A stretch of 64,000 nucleotides of DNA from Bacteroidota bacterium (lineage in GTDB: Bacteria; Bacteroidota; Ignavibacteria; UBA10030; SZUA-254): the NCBI GenBank assembly GCA_044449065.1, contig JBIOHP010000002.1, forward strand, positions 117,462-181,461. The letters are read 5' to 3'. Every line of letters starts with the position of its first letter. Position 1 is the stretch's first letter. Positions 41,785 to 51,372 of this stretch are shown here, in pieces. The position numbers and the translations under genes were made by a program. The notes below the pieces were generated by a model. That model did not search any database. It saw only the letters and a program-made list of their open reading frames with translations, and had not been told where the DNA came from.

Positions 41785-42801
41785 ATGTTTCGCTATCTTT
41801 ATTTTTTCATTCGATTTCGTCAATATTTTAAAAATGACAAAGGATTATCCGAATTTGCAGACAGATGTCTGAACTGGTTAATCGAAAAATCTGCCATAAA
41901 AGCTGGAATTTATATAGAAAAAAACGAAGAACTCAAAGATGAGAAAAAAAATCTAATTTTACGTAGTGAAGATATAAATAAAAAGGCAATGCTCGAAAAT
42001 GATGATTTTTTCACTGTGAGAAAGAAATATCGTACACAAACTTTTATTATTGGAGTAATAATAATCGCAGAAATGTTTTTAAATTACATTTCAACACTTA
42101 TTTTCATCAACGGGGAAGATTTGATCTTCACCTTCATACGATGGGGAATTGCAATTGTATTAACTGGTGGCGGAATTATTGTATCGGAGAAATTGATCGA
42201 ATCAGTCTTGCCGATAACAAAAAAGGAAAAAAAAGATATTCCAAACAGATCTACCCCAGTTATTATATTGTGGTCAATTTTACTCATAGGGGTTGAAATA
42301 GCCATAATGGGAGTTTCAGAAACTAGAGCAACCGATATTGAGGGTGGCCATACCGGTGGTGTGTTGTATTATGGGTTCATTATACTTTCAATGGTATTGC
42401 CTCTTATTGCAGGTGCGGCTCGATGGGATATTATGCATTATTTAGATGCGTATAAAAATACACTCTTACATCGAAAAATTCAGGAGAGATTGCATAAAAT
42501 AGAGACGATACTACGAAGAAATGAAGAACATAAGTTGCAATATTTTAAAATTCAAAGTGTAGTATTCTGGGACATTTTCAGCGAATTTAAGACATTTAAA
42601 GAAAACTATGACAAGAAGAAAGGACTGAAAACCGAAGATCTATCTTCTCATTTTGCCTGTAACAATGATACATTTCAACTCGAAGCCGATAAGAGATACG
42701 AGAAGGATCCTCGCACACATTCCGCAAGTCATATTCAAAAATTGACAATATCTGATAAATCTGTTGGAGATAAAATTGGACAATCAGCCTTTCAGGAATG
42801 A
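41785..42801 (+). CDS. Hypothetical membrane protein (about 4 TM central block, soluble N- and C-terminal parts) (island gene 3)
   Basis: 338 aa. Hydrophobic segments FIIGVIIIAEMFLNYISTLIFI, IAIVLTGGGIIVS, VIILWSILLIGVEIAIMGV, VLYYGFIILSMVLPLIAGA. RBS GGAG 8 nt upstream. The stop overlaps the next start (ATGA). Confidence 0.5.
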   Translation: MFRYLYFFIRFRQYFKNDKGLSEFADRCLNWLIEKSAIKAGIYIEKNEELKDEKKNLILRSEDINKKAMLENDDFFTVRKKYRTQTFIIGVIIIAEMFLNYISTLIFINGEDLIFTFIRWGIAIVLTGGGIIVSEKLIESVLPITKKEKKDIPNRSTPVIILWSILLIGVEIAIMGVSETRATDIEGGHTGGVLYYGFIILSMVLPLIAGAARWDIMHYLDAYKNTLLHRKIQERLHKIETILRRNEEHKLQYFKIQSVVFWDIFSEFKTFKENYDKKKGLKTEDLSSHFACNNDTFQLEADKRYEKDPRTHSASHIQKLTISDKSVGDKIGQSAFQE

Positions 42802-43664
42802 GGTTTGAGAGATTTATGAGCAAGATAATAATTTGTTACTTAGGTGTTTTGCTGATAGGCTTTTCCATCCTAAATATTGGATGCCAAACCAAGATTGATA
42901 GACGTTTGAATTGTATATGTTTGATTGATTACTCTGGCAGCCTGAGCGATGAAACGCTTCAGAGGTATATACACATTATTAGTTCTGATGTTTTGTCAAA
43001 TTTGAACATCAAGGACCGTTTAATAGTTTTGCCAATCGATGAAGGAGCAAAGACAGAAGCTGTTAAACTAGTCTATGAGGATTTCTCTGAAAAAAAATAT
43101 TCTAAAACATCGGATGGATTCACACACGCTAGCGATAGCACAATGAAGCGATTTCATGATTATCTTGAGCAATTAAAACCTCAACTTATGATCCAATTGG
43201 ATTCACAAAAAGTCGTTCGCAGTAAATTCACATACTTTACTGATATAATGGCAGCATTGGAACAGTCAGAAGGGTTATTGGAAACAAATGAAGAAGATAA
43301 TTTTACAACGATTTTCAACAGATTTATTACCGGGCGCAATAAATTGGTTTCCGAAAATGTAATCATCCTTTTTTCAGATATGATTCATGAATCAAGTGAG
43401 TATAATTTTAATAAACCCAACGGCTGCGATTCCAAAGAGGCAAGCTCAATTATTAACAATCTCGTCCAAAATAAAAGAATGCCAAACTTGAAGGGAAGTA
43501 AGATATTTGTTGATGGACGAACTGGACATTCGAATCGTATGGTCGAAAACATACGATCATTTTGGAGCAAGTACTTTAAAGAATCTCATGCAGACCTCAT
43601 TGCTTATGATTTCGATATTGGCAATCAAATTGTTTCATTTTTAAATAATCAACGAGTTAAATAA
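42798..43664 (+). CDS. Secreted or lipoprotein with a von Willebrand factor A-like domain (island gene 4)
   Basis: Signal peptide ending ...LIGFSILNIGC. MIDAS-like LIDYSGSLSD (DxSGS). Later VIILFSDMIHE resembles the VWA iiLlTDG strand. An alternative start is at the second ATG, 42816. Confidence 0.5.
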   Translation: MRFERFMSKIIICYLGVLLIGFSILNIGCQTKIDRRLNCICLIDYSGSLSDETLQRYIHIISSDVLSNLNIKDRLIVLPIDEGAKTEAVKLVYEDFSEKKYSKTSDGFTHASDSTMKRFHDYLEQLKPQLMIQLDSQKVVRSKFTYFTDIMAALEQSEGLLETNEEDNFTTIFNRFITGRNKLVSENVIILFSDMIHESSEYNFNKPNGCDSKEASSIINNLVQNKRMPNLKGSKIFVDGRTGHSNRMVENIRSFWSKYFKESHADLIAYDFDIGNQIVSFLNNQRVK

Positions 43665-44022
43665 GTTTTACGTAAAAGTGTGGAAAATAGATTGAACGTT
43701 TTGATTTTTTGTAAAAATAGATTATTCCGAAATAGCCCATTTAATCATAACTTGAGCTCTCTACTATATGAAATCATACTTCAAATGCAATCTATTTTTT
43801 TACCCCATTAGTAACAGCATTGCAAAAATAGAAAAGGGGAGTGGATCGACATCAACCAAATTCATTAAGAATTATTGATCGATGCATTGCAACAATAGTT
43901 TAATATACCGAAAGTAAGCAATCCCGTCACATTCAAGGAAATATAGAGGCCGACTCCATCTCGTTTTCAAGAACTTCGGGCGATACAATCTCTTTTTAAT
44001 CGCCTTTCCTCTTGCACTTTCT

Positions 44023-44745
44023 GTGGGTATCCTCAAAATATTCTTTCATTACCAGGGATGGGAGCCATTTGTTTTTTCACTTTCTCCATTTTTTACGAGC
44101 GTTTTAACTGGTATTGTTTTTTTGATAGGATTCATTCTTGCGGGGGTAATGACGGATTATAAAGAATCTGAAAAAATACCGGGCGAGATCTTGACTAGTC
44201 TCCAGACTATCTGGCTCGAGACATCGTTAATACACAAGAAAAATCCGCCAGCGGCGATGTCCTTGCGCAAGAAAGTTGTGGAATTTACAGCAATCCTGCA
44301 AACTGATTTTCTCGTGCGACGGGAAGAACGAACAGCCTTCCAGTTGCTCGACTCATTCTCCGAAGAATTTGAACTATTATACGATACTCTTCCACCCCCC
44401 TTTCTAGTCCGGTTAAAAAATGAACAAGCTGCTCTAAGGAAACTTCTTGTGCGAATCAAGGTCATACGCGATACGCACTTCTCTCACAACGTATATTTCG
44501 TAATCAAAAGTACGGCTGCTGGATTCGTTACCGGATTGCTTCTGTTAAAAATGGAACCGTTCGCGGAAGGTATATTTTTTCTCTGTCTATATGTTTATAT
44601 GTTAGTTTCCGTTATTATATTAATTAGGGATATGGATGATCCGTTTGAATATTCGGATAACATTGAAAAAATTGATGAAATTGATTTTAAGATACTGTTT
44701 GACTATGCACAGAATTTAGGTAACAAAATAGCGTTCGATGACTGA
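44023..44745 (+). CDS. Hypothetical membrane protein (2 N-terminal + 2 C-terminal TM helices around a soluble helical domain) (island gene 5)
   Basis: 240 aa. GTG start (no in-frame ATG/TTG upstream back to the stop at 43915). No motif recognised. Confidence 0.4.
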   Translation: MGILKIFFHYQGWEPFVFSLSPFFTSVLTGIVFLIGFILAGVMTDYKESEKIPGEILTSLQTIWLETSLIHKKNPPAAMSLRKKVVEFTAILQTDFLVRREERTAFQLLDSFSEEFELLYDTLPPPFLVRLKNEQAALRKLLVRIKVIRDTHFSHNVYFVIKSTAAGFVTGLLLLKMEPFAEGIFFLCLYVYMLVSVIILIRDMDDPFEYSDNIEKIDEIDFKILFDYAQNLGNKIAFDD

Positions 44746-44822
44746 CCGGTAATTCACTAATGTATAGCAAACAATGATGTGATTTCTTCATTCCTCCTCG
44801 ATAAGGAATTTTAATCTAAGTA

Positions 44823-45536
44823 ATGCGAGAAATAATAGATGGACTCAAAGAAGGATTTCAATTTACAGTAACTTTCCACCCACACCTTGAGTTAGATAAA
44901 GTGCTTCTCGGTACTTCTGGATTATCGAATTTTCTAATTCTGATGACATTAGGCGGTTTGATAGCGGCTATTTATTTTTCAGTTGAACAATCGAAAATTA
45001 TTGAAAGCGTTCCATTCGGAAAGCCGGGCTTTGTGACTGCACTTGCATGTCTTGCGTTAGCGTGGTCCGGTTTAGCCTCTATCGCTTTGACTTTTTTTTA
45101 CATCATAGGTTCACTCACTGGTTGTTTAATAGGAGTCCGCAATGGCACGCTGCTCCGCAGGAATATCTTCTTTGGGGTTTCGATGCTCGCTGGTATTTTT
45201 ATAGGAGGAATCCTCATCGTTTTAGCACCAATAAATTTAGGAAAAACGGTCCAGCTTATCATACTTTGTTGGCTTGCGTGGGATATGGTACAAGAAGGGC
45301 TTCGAACAATTAATATGGAACGTTTTTATCATCTCTATATATTCTTGATGATAGGAGGAGCCATTTCGCTGGTTTTTTTTGACCCAAAAATTTATTGCCT
45401 ACTGATCGTTAAGGCATCAGAGACAACTTCGATGCGAATTGTTTATACCGATGGCTTCAAGAACCTGATGATTGCTTTTTCCTATACTCCAATTTTAGGT
45501 TGGGTTATCGGATTTTGGAACGAAAAACCATATTGA
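44823..45536 (+). CDS. Hypothetical polytopic membrane protein (about 6 TM) (island gene 6)
   Basis: 237 aa, strongly hydrophobic throughout. Confidence 0.4.
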   Translation: MREIIDGLKEGFQFTVTFHPHLELDKVLLGTSGLSNFLILMTLGGLIAAIYFSVEQSKIIESVPFGKPGFVTALACLALAWSGLASIALTFFYIIGSLTGCLIGVRNGTLLRRNIFFGVSMLAGIFIGGILIVLAPINLGKTVQLIILCWLAWDMVQEGLRTINMERFYHLYIFLMIGGAISLVFFDPKIYCLLIVKASETTSMRIVYTDGFKNLMIAFSYTPILGWVIGFWNEKPY

Positions 45537-45714
45537 GTACATTTTTTCATTCTTTTTTTAAACAAATTTGTTCGGAAATTAGATGGTAACGATAATTATT
45601 TCAAAATTTTTTATCCTTGACAATCTGTACTTTTTCCCAAGGGAAAAACCTGCCTGCCCAAATTTGTTTGACTTTCCCCCTAAAATTTCGTAATTTTTGA
45701 TACTTTTTAACATC

Positions 45715-45752
45715 AAACGCCCTGAAAACAACTAATGACAGGGCGTTTTTTC
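45715..45752 (+). terminator. Rho-independent terminator (9-bp stem AACGCCCTG/CAGGGCGTT followed by TTTTTT)
   Basis: Perfect stem with a 15-nt loop and a T6 tract, read directly. Lies at the right edge of the AT-rich island. Confidence 0.6.
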
Positions 45753-45823
45753 TATTAAAGAATTTTGCTATCGGTCAATGGAAACGTTCCGATGACTGTA
45801 CTCTACCTCCCCTCGCTCCGCGT

Positions 45824-45847
45824 CTCCCCTCCTCAATCGAGGAGGGG
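45824..45847 (+). repeat. Perfect 10-bp GC-rich hairpin TCCCCTCCTC-aatc-GAGGAGGGGA (member of a recurring CTCCC/GGGAG hairpin motif)
   Basis: Read directly. A similar hairpin (ATCCCCTCC-n6-GGAGGGGAT) occurs at 47138-47161. Confidence 0.5.
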
Positions 45848-45945
45848 AAACCAGCAGAGAGGTGTGGTCGGAATCAAAAGAGAGCGTTTCATAAAGACCA
45901 TAATATTCATAGTTAACCGTTTAACATTATTGGAAGACCTCCCGG

Positions 45946-47115
45946 ATGACGAAATTTCAAGGCGTCGATTATTACAGTCTCGATGACAATCTGAGCGAAG
46001 ATGAAATTTTAGTTCGGAACACCGTTCGCGAATTTGTCGACGACAATGTCCTGCCGGTCATTGAAAAGCAGTATCGCGCCGGCGCCTTTCCCATGAACCT
46101 GATCCCCACAATGGGCGAGCTTGGGATGTTCGGCTCCACCCTGCCCGCGAAGTACGGCTGCGCCGAAATGAACAACGTCGCCTACGGCCTGGTGATGCAG
46201 GAGCTGGAGCGCGGCGATAGCGGCGTGCGCAGTTTCGCCTCGGTGCAAAGCGCGCTCGTGATGTATCCCATTTTCACCTTCGGATCGGAACAGCAGAAAG
46301 ATTACTGGCTGCCGAAACTCGCCACGGGCGAAAAAATCGGCTGCTTCGGATTGACCGAACCCGATTACGGCTCTAACCCCGGCGGCATGATCACGCGAGC
46401 CGAAGAAAAAAGCGACGGCTACCTCCTCAACGGCGCGAAGATGTGGATCACCAACGGCACACTTGCGGATGTCGCGGTTGTCTGGGCAAAACTCAACGGC
46501 GTCGTGCACGGCTTCCTCGTAGAAAAAGGCACCAAAGGATTTTTAGCTCCCGAAATGACAGGCAAACACTCGCTCCGCGCTTCGGTGACATCGGAATTGA
46601 TTTTCCAGGATTGCCTCATTCCCAAATCAAACATTTTCCCCAAGACAGAAGGATTGAAAGCGCCGCTCATGTGCCTGAACCAGGCGCGGTACGGTATCGC
46701 ATGGGGAGTAATCGGTTCGGCGATGGCATGTTACGACTCTGCATTGAACTATGCCAAGTCGCGCATACAATTTGGGAAACCGATAGCGGCATTCCAGATC
46801 ACGCAGGAAAAACTCGTTCAGATGATATCCGAAATAACGAAAGCGCAGCTCCTTTGCCTGCAACTTGGGAGATTGAAAGATAAAGGGAAACTCCGGTTCC
46901 AGCAGGTATCGATGGCGAAACGGAACAACGTTCACCAGGCGCTGGAGATCGCGCGCGTGGCGCGGGAAATTTTAGGGGCGAACGGCATCCTCGACGAGTA
47001 TCCCGTCATGCGCCACATGGCAAACCTCGAATCGGTAAAGACGTACGAGGGCACGCACGAGATGCACACGTTAATCATCGGCGAAGACATCACCGGTATC
47101 CCGGCGTTTATGTAA
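45946..47115 (+). CDS. gcdH: Glutaryl-CoA dehydrogenase
   Basis: Acyl-CoA dehydrogenase fold with near-collinear similarity to GcdH ([19 protein letters not shown]...I.GE.ITGI.AF). Confidence 0.8.
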   Translation: MTKFQGVDYYSLDDNLSEDEILVRNTVREFVDDNVLPVIEKQYRAGAFPMNLIPTMGELGMFGSTLPAKYGCAEMNNVAYGLVMQELERGDSGVRSFASVQSALVMYPIFTFGSEQQKDYWLPKLATGEKIGCFGLTEPDYGSNPGGMITRAEEKSDGYLLNGAKMWITNGTLADVAVVWAKLNGVVHGFLVEKGTKGFLAPEMTGKHSLRASVTSELIFQDCLIPKSNIFPKTEGLKAPLMCLNQARYGIAWGVIGSAMACYDSALNYAKSRIQFGKPIAAFQITQEKLVQMISEITKAQLLCLQLGRLKDKGKLRFQQVSMAKRNNVHQALEIARVAREILGANGILDEYPVMRHMANLESVKTYEGTHEMHTLIIGEDITGIPAFM

Positions 47116-47137
47116 ACGTTTCCCCTCCGAAGGACGT

Positions 47138-47161
47138 ATCCCCTCCTGCGAGGGAGGGGAT
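47138..47161 (+). terminator. GC-rich hairpin ATCCCCTCC-tgcgag-GGAGGGGAT 22 nt after the gcdH stop; terminator-like without a contiguous U-tract
   Basis: Read directly. Confidence 0.4.
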
Positions 47162-47237
47162 AAAGGGGTGGGCTTTCATCGGGGACTTAGAGGGTTTATA
47201 AAAGTGTTTTCTCATTATAATATTATCCAAAACCAAT

Positions 47238-48704
47238 ATGCCAATCAAAAAATTTTTAGGTGAAGCGATCACGTTCGACGACGTCCTCCTAGTTCCAAGG
47301 GAATCGTCGGTGCTTCCGCGCGACGTCGATATCAGCACGAAGCTTTCAAGAAATATCCGGCTGAACATCCCGCTGGTATCCTCGGCAATGGATACCGTAA
47401 CGGAAGCGCGGCTGGCAATCGCCATGGCGCGGGAAGGCGGCATCGGCGTCCTCCATAAAAACATGTCGATTGATCATCAGAGCGCTCAGGTGGATCAGGT
47501 AAAACGTTCTGAAAGCGGTATGATCTCCAATCCCACTACCATGAAGCCCACGCAGACGGTCGGGGATGCACAGCAGATGATGGGCCATTATCAGATCTCC
47601 GGCATCCCGATTGTCAATGACGACGGCAAACTCGTCGGAATCATCACAAACAGGGACCTCCGGTTCGATCCCGATGAAACGCTCCCGATCTCAAAACTCA
47701 TGACGAGCAAAAACCTCGTTACGGCTCCGGTGGGAACCTCGTTGGCGGAAGCCGAGCACCTTCTGCAAAAACATAAAATCGAAAAACTCCTCATCGTCGA
47801 TAAAAAAGGAAAATTGCAGGGGTTGATCACCTTCAAGGACATTCAGAAGAAGAAGAGTTTTCCAAACGCCTGCAAAGATACGCGCGGCAGGTTGCGGGTT
47901 GGAGCGGGAGTCGGCGTGACCGTTGATACGATGGAACGGGTAGACGCGCTCATCAAAGCTGGCGTCGACGTCGTCATTGTCGATACCGCCCACGGACATT
48001 CGCGCGGCGTAATCGATATGATTAAAAAAATCAAGCGCAAATATCCCGATAACGAACTCATCGCCGGCAACGTTGGGACCGGCGAAGCCACCCGCGCACT
48101 CATTGCTGCCGGCGTTGATGCGATTAAAGTCGGTATCGGTCCCGGTTCGATTTGCACGACGAGAATTGTCGCTGGAGTCGGCATCCCCCAGATCACGGCT
48201 GTGTACGATTGCGCGAAAGCAGCGGCGCGTTCGGGCGTTCCCGTGATTGCCGATGGCGGGATTAAACAAACAGGAGATATTCCCAAAGCGATCGCGGCGG
48301 GCGCTGATTCTGTAATGATCGGCAGTCTCTTCGCCGGAGTGGATGAAAGCCCCGGAGAAAAAGTGCTGCTCGAAGGCAGAGGTTATAAAACGTATCGCGG
48401 CATGGGTTCTATTGAAGCGATGAAAAAAGGAAGCAGCGACCGGTATTTCCAGGATGTTGAGGATGAGCTCCCCAAACTCGTGCCCGAAGGCATCGAAGGG
48501 CTTGTGCCCTACAAAGGTCCCCTGGCGGATACTATATTTCAAATGGTCGGGGGGTTGCGCGCTGCGATGGGTTACTGCGGGTGTCCGTCTATCGCCGACA
48601 TGAAAACCAAAACGCAGTTTGTAAAGATATCCGAAGCGGGTTTGCGCGAAAGCCACCCGCACGACGTAGTGATATCCAAAGAAGCGCCGAACTATCACAG
48701 ATAG
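47238..48704 (+). CDS. guaB: Inosine-5'-monophosphate dehydrogenase
   Basis: N-terminal FDDVLLVP, tandem CBS domains, catalytic loop [11 protein letters not shown]. Confidence 0.95.
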   Translation: MPIKKFLGEAITFDDVLLVPRESSVLPRDVDISTKLSRNIRLNIPLVSSAMDTVTEARLAIAMAREGGIGVLHKNMSIDHQSAQVDQVKRSESGMISNPTTMKPTQTVGDAQQMMGHYQISGIPIVNDDGKLVGIITNRDLRFDPDETLPISKLMTSKNLVTAPVGTSLAEAEHLLQKHKIEKLLIVDKKGKLQGLITFKDIQKKKSFPNACKDTRGRLRVGAGVGVTVDTMERVDALIKAGVDVVIVDTAHGHSRGVIDMIKKIKRKYPDNELIAGNVGTGEATRALIAAGVDAIKVGIGPGSICTTRIVAGVGIPQITAVYDCAKAAARSGVPVIADGGIKQTGDIPKAIAAGADSVMIGSLFAGVDESPGEKVLLEGRGYKTYRGMGSIEAMKKGSSDRYFQDVEDELPKLVPEGIEGLVPYKGPLADTIFQMVGGLRAAMGYCGCPSIADMKTKTQFVKISEAGLRESHPHDVVISKEAPNYHR

Positions 48705-48720
48705 ATTTTCGGTAATAATA

Positions 48721-48887
48721 TTGACCTCACCCTAACAAACATCAAGGGTAAGGGATGCAGTATTTTCTCTTTGACCTCACCCTAAGAAACATCAAGGTTC
48801 AGGGAACTGATACTTACTTCCTCTCCCGGTGGGAGAGGGAAATTATAATATGATCTTATAGGAAAAACCTTACCGGGGTGAGGTCAA
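48721..48887. repeat. MITE-like element: 12-bp terminal inverted repeats TTGACCTCACCC / GGGTGAGGTCAA enclosing two 35-bp direct repeats and a CCTCTCCC-ggt-GGGAGAGG hairpin
   Basis: DR1 48721-48755 TTGACCTCACCCTAACAAACATCAAGGGTAAGGGA. DR2 48771-48805 TTGACCTCACCCTAAGAAACATCAAGGTTCAGGGA. Inverted terminal copy CCGGGGTGAGGTCAA at 48873-48887. Confidence 0.55.
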
Positions 48888-48993
48888 TTAAACATCATCT
48901 TAGAAAATTTCGTAGGTGCCACATTACTGATGGGTTAAGAAAATCAATCTTATGAACAAAATTCAATTTCGATAACAAATTTAAAATTATAGA

Positions 48994-50064
48994 GTGTCAT
49001 CAATTCGTCTCCAAAAACTTCGCAAGATCCTTGATCAACTTGATCTTGACGCGTTCCTGATAACCTTTCCGCCGCATTTGCGGTATATAAGCGGGTTCTC
49101 CGGTTCATCAGGATTGGCTGTGGTGAAAAAAAACTCTGCATGGATCTTCACCGACGGTAGGTATACCCAGCAGATACGGGAGGAAACACTCGGTTGGAAA
49201 GTCCACATCGCCGGCGGCAGTTTGTTCGAGGAGCTGAAAAAGACCTCCTCCCTCCTCGCTTTAATGCGGGTCGGGATCGACGGCAATACGATGATGCTTA
49301 CGGAATTCCACCAGTTGAAGAAAATCTTTCCGCGCGTGAAATTCATCCCGAAAGTTGATACCATAGAGCAAATCACGGCGGTGAAAGATATTGGAGAGAT
49401 CGAAAATATCAGATCAGCAGTACGCATCACGGATAAGGTCTTCAAAGATTTGCTCCCGATGGTGAAACCGGGCGTGAGCGAGCTTGATCTCTCGGCGGAA
49501 ATTTCCTACCGCCACCGCAAGTATGGCGCAGAAGGCGACGCCTTTGAACCGATCGTTGCCAGCGGCAAGCGGAGCGCACTTCCACACGGAAAAGCGTCGT
49601 CAAAAAAAATCAGAAAAGGCGAACTGCTCACGCTCGATTTTGGCTGTACCTATAACGGATATCACAGCGATATGACGCGCACAATAGTTGTGGGAAAACC
49701 GACATCTGAAATGAAAGATATTTATGATGCGGTTCTAACGGCACAGATGCTTGCGATTGAAGCGGCAAAAGACGGAATCAAATCGCGCGACCTTGACGGT
49801 GTAGCGCGATACTCTATAAAAACGGCGGGGTATGATAAATATTTCCGGCATTCACTGGGGCACGGCGTAGGGTTGCAGATTCATGAATCACCGCGGATAT
49901 CAATGCAAAGCAAAGCGGTAATCGAGAAGGGAAATGTCGTCACGATTGAACCGGGTATCTATATACCGCAATTCGGGGGAGTTCGTATTGAAGATATCTT
50001 AGTCATTACGAACGATGGTTCCGAAAACCTGACCCGCTCCCCTAAACATCTCATAATCGTATAA
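48994..50064 (+). CDS. M24-family metallopeptidase (Xaa-Pro aminopeptidase / prolidase-like)
   Basis: GTG start. Metal ligands in D...D (LTLDFGCTYNGYHSDMTRT), HGVGLQIHESP and E...E near the C-terminus (pita-bread fold motifs). Confidence 0.8.
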   Translation: MSSIRLQKLRKILDQLDLDAFLITFPPHLRYISGFSGSSGLAVVKKNSAWIFTDGRYTQQIREETLGWKVHIAGGSLFEELKKTSSLLALMRVGIDGNTMMLTEFHQLKKIFPRVKFIPKVDTIEQITAVKDIGEIENIRSAVRITDKVFKDLLPMVKPGVSELDLSAEISYRHRKYGAEGDAFEPIVASGKRSALPHGKASSKKIRKGELLTLDFGCTYNGYHSDMTRTIVVGKPTSEMKDIYDAVLTAQMLAIEAAKDGIKSRDLDGVARYSIKTAGYDKYFRHSLGHGVGLQIHESPRISMQSKAVIEKGNVVTIEPGIYIPQFGGVRIEDILVITNDGSENLTRSPKHLIIV

Positions 50065-50079
50065 GGTCGACCTGCCGGA

Positions 50080-51372
50080 ATGAGCGCCGACACAACCTCA
50101 CTGCGAAACGTTCTCGTTATAGCATATTATTTTCCGCCGATGGGTTTGAGCGGAGTCCAGCGAACATTGAAATTTGTGAAATATCTCCCGCAATTCGGCT
50201 GGCAGCCGACAGTGCTTACCGTAACCCCGACGGGATACTTTGCGCAGGATGAAACTCTTCTGGATGAAATCAAAGATTTGAATATCGAGATCATCCGCGC
50301 CGGTTCGCTCGACGCAAATAGGTTCTTTAAGAAACAAAGAATCGTCAAACTGCCGTCCGAACGATGGGGAAAGTTTCTTACGTTTACAAGTGATTTGTTT
50401 TTTATTCCCGATAATAAAATTGGCTGGAAACGGAGAGCCCTTCAGGCGGCGATGGAAACGATGAACAAAACAAAATTCGACGTGATTTTTGCCACCGCGC
50501 CTCCGTTTACCGATTTTCTCATCGGAACGGAATTGCACGATCGGTACAAAATCCCTCTCATTCTCGATTACCGCGATCCGTGGCTCGAATATCCAGTTAA
50601 GTATTATCCCACATTGTATCACCGGTGGAAAACGTACGCCATGGAAAAAATCGCCTTGCAGAAATCGTCAAAAATTATCGTGACCAACCGGCGGGTTAAA
50701 GAATTAATCCTGAAACAGTACGTATTTCTTGATTATGAAGATATCGTAATCCTCCCGCAGGGATACGATCCCGCCGATTTTGATTTCTCATCCTCAAAGA
50801 ATAGTGAAAATCAAAAATTCACAATTACTTATACCGGCGTCTTCAACGGCGATAGAACCCCGAAGTATTTTTTCGAGGCATTGAAAAAAATATTTTCCGA
50901 TTCACCGGATTTGAAAGAAAAAATTGAAGCGCGCTTCGTCGGAAATTTCCAGGATGAGTATATCAGATTAATTCAAGCGATGGAACTCGATCAGAATATC
51001 GTTATGACGGGATATGTTAGCCATGCCGAGAGCATCAAAGAAGTGATGAAATCTGATTGCGTATGGCTGATGTTGATGAACGACCGGCAATCGCCCGGAA
51101 AGTTGTACGAATATATCGCCTCGAAGAAACCGATTCTCGCTTGCGTCCCGGATGGGTTTATTAAACAAACCGTACTCGAAACGGGCGCGGGTGTTGTTGT
51201 CGATCCCACGCACGTCGAAGCAATATCCAATGCGATCCTGCAACTGTATGATCAGTTCAAGAAAAAACAGCTCCCTTCGACCACAGAAGAGATTGTTCAG
51301 AAATATAACCGTGTCGCTCTAACGAACGAGTTATCGAAGATAATGGGATTTCTTATAGATTATCCGTCATGA
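50080..51372 (+). CDS. Glycosyltransferase (GT-B, family-4-like)
   Basis: 430 aa. N-terminus NVLVIAYYFPPMGLSGVQR and C-terminal Rossmann-like half (ILACVPDGFIKQTVLETGAGVVVD). Confidence 0.55.
   Translation: MSADTTSLRNVLVIAYYFPPMGLSGVQRTLKFVKYLPQFGWQPTVLTVTPTGYFAQDETLLDEIKDLNIEIIRAGSLDANRFFKKQRIVKLPSERWGKFLTFTSDLFFIPDNKIGWKRRALQAAMETMNKTKFDVIFATAPPFTDFLIGTELHDRYKIPLILDYRDPWLEYPVKYYPTLYHRWKTYAMEKIALQKSSKIIVTNRRVKELILKQYVFLDYEDIVILPQGYDPADFDFSSSKNSENQKFTITYTGVFNGDRTPKYFFEALKKIFSDSPDLKEKIEARFVGNFQDEYIRLIQAMELDQNIVMTGYVSHAESIKEVMKSDCVWLMLMNDRQSPGKLYEYIASKKPILACVPDGFIKQTVLETGAGVVVDPTHVEAISNAILQLYDQFKKKQLPSTTEEIVQKYNRVALTNELSKIMGFLIDYPS

Noticed and set aside
45765-45986. 73-aa + strand ORF upstream of gcdH
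   Set aside because: It is built on the GC-rich hairpin repeat (translating as PSLRVSPPQSRRG) and overlaps the gcdH start. It is a non-coding structural element.
47691-48698. 335-aa and 147-aa minus-strand ORFs within guaB, and several antisense ORFs within gcdH (46009..46935)
   Set aside because: They are antisense to highly conserved, clearly identified genes in GC-rich sequence where long spurious ORFs are expected.
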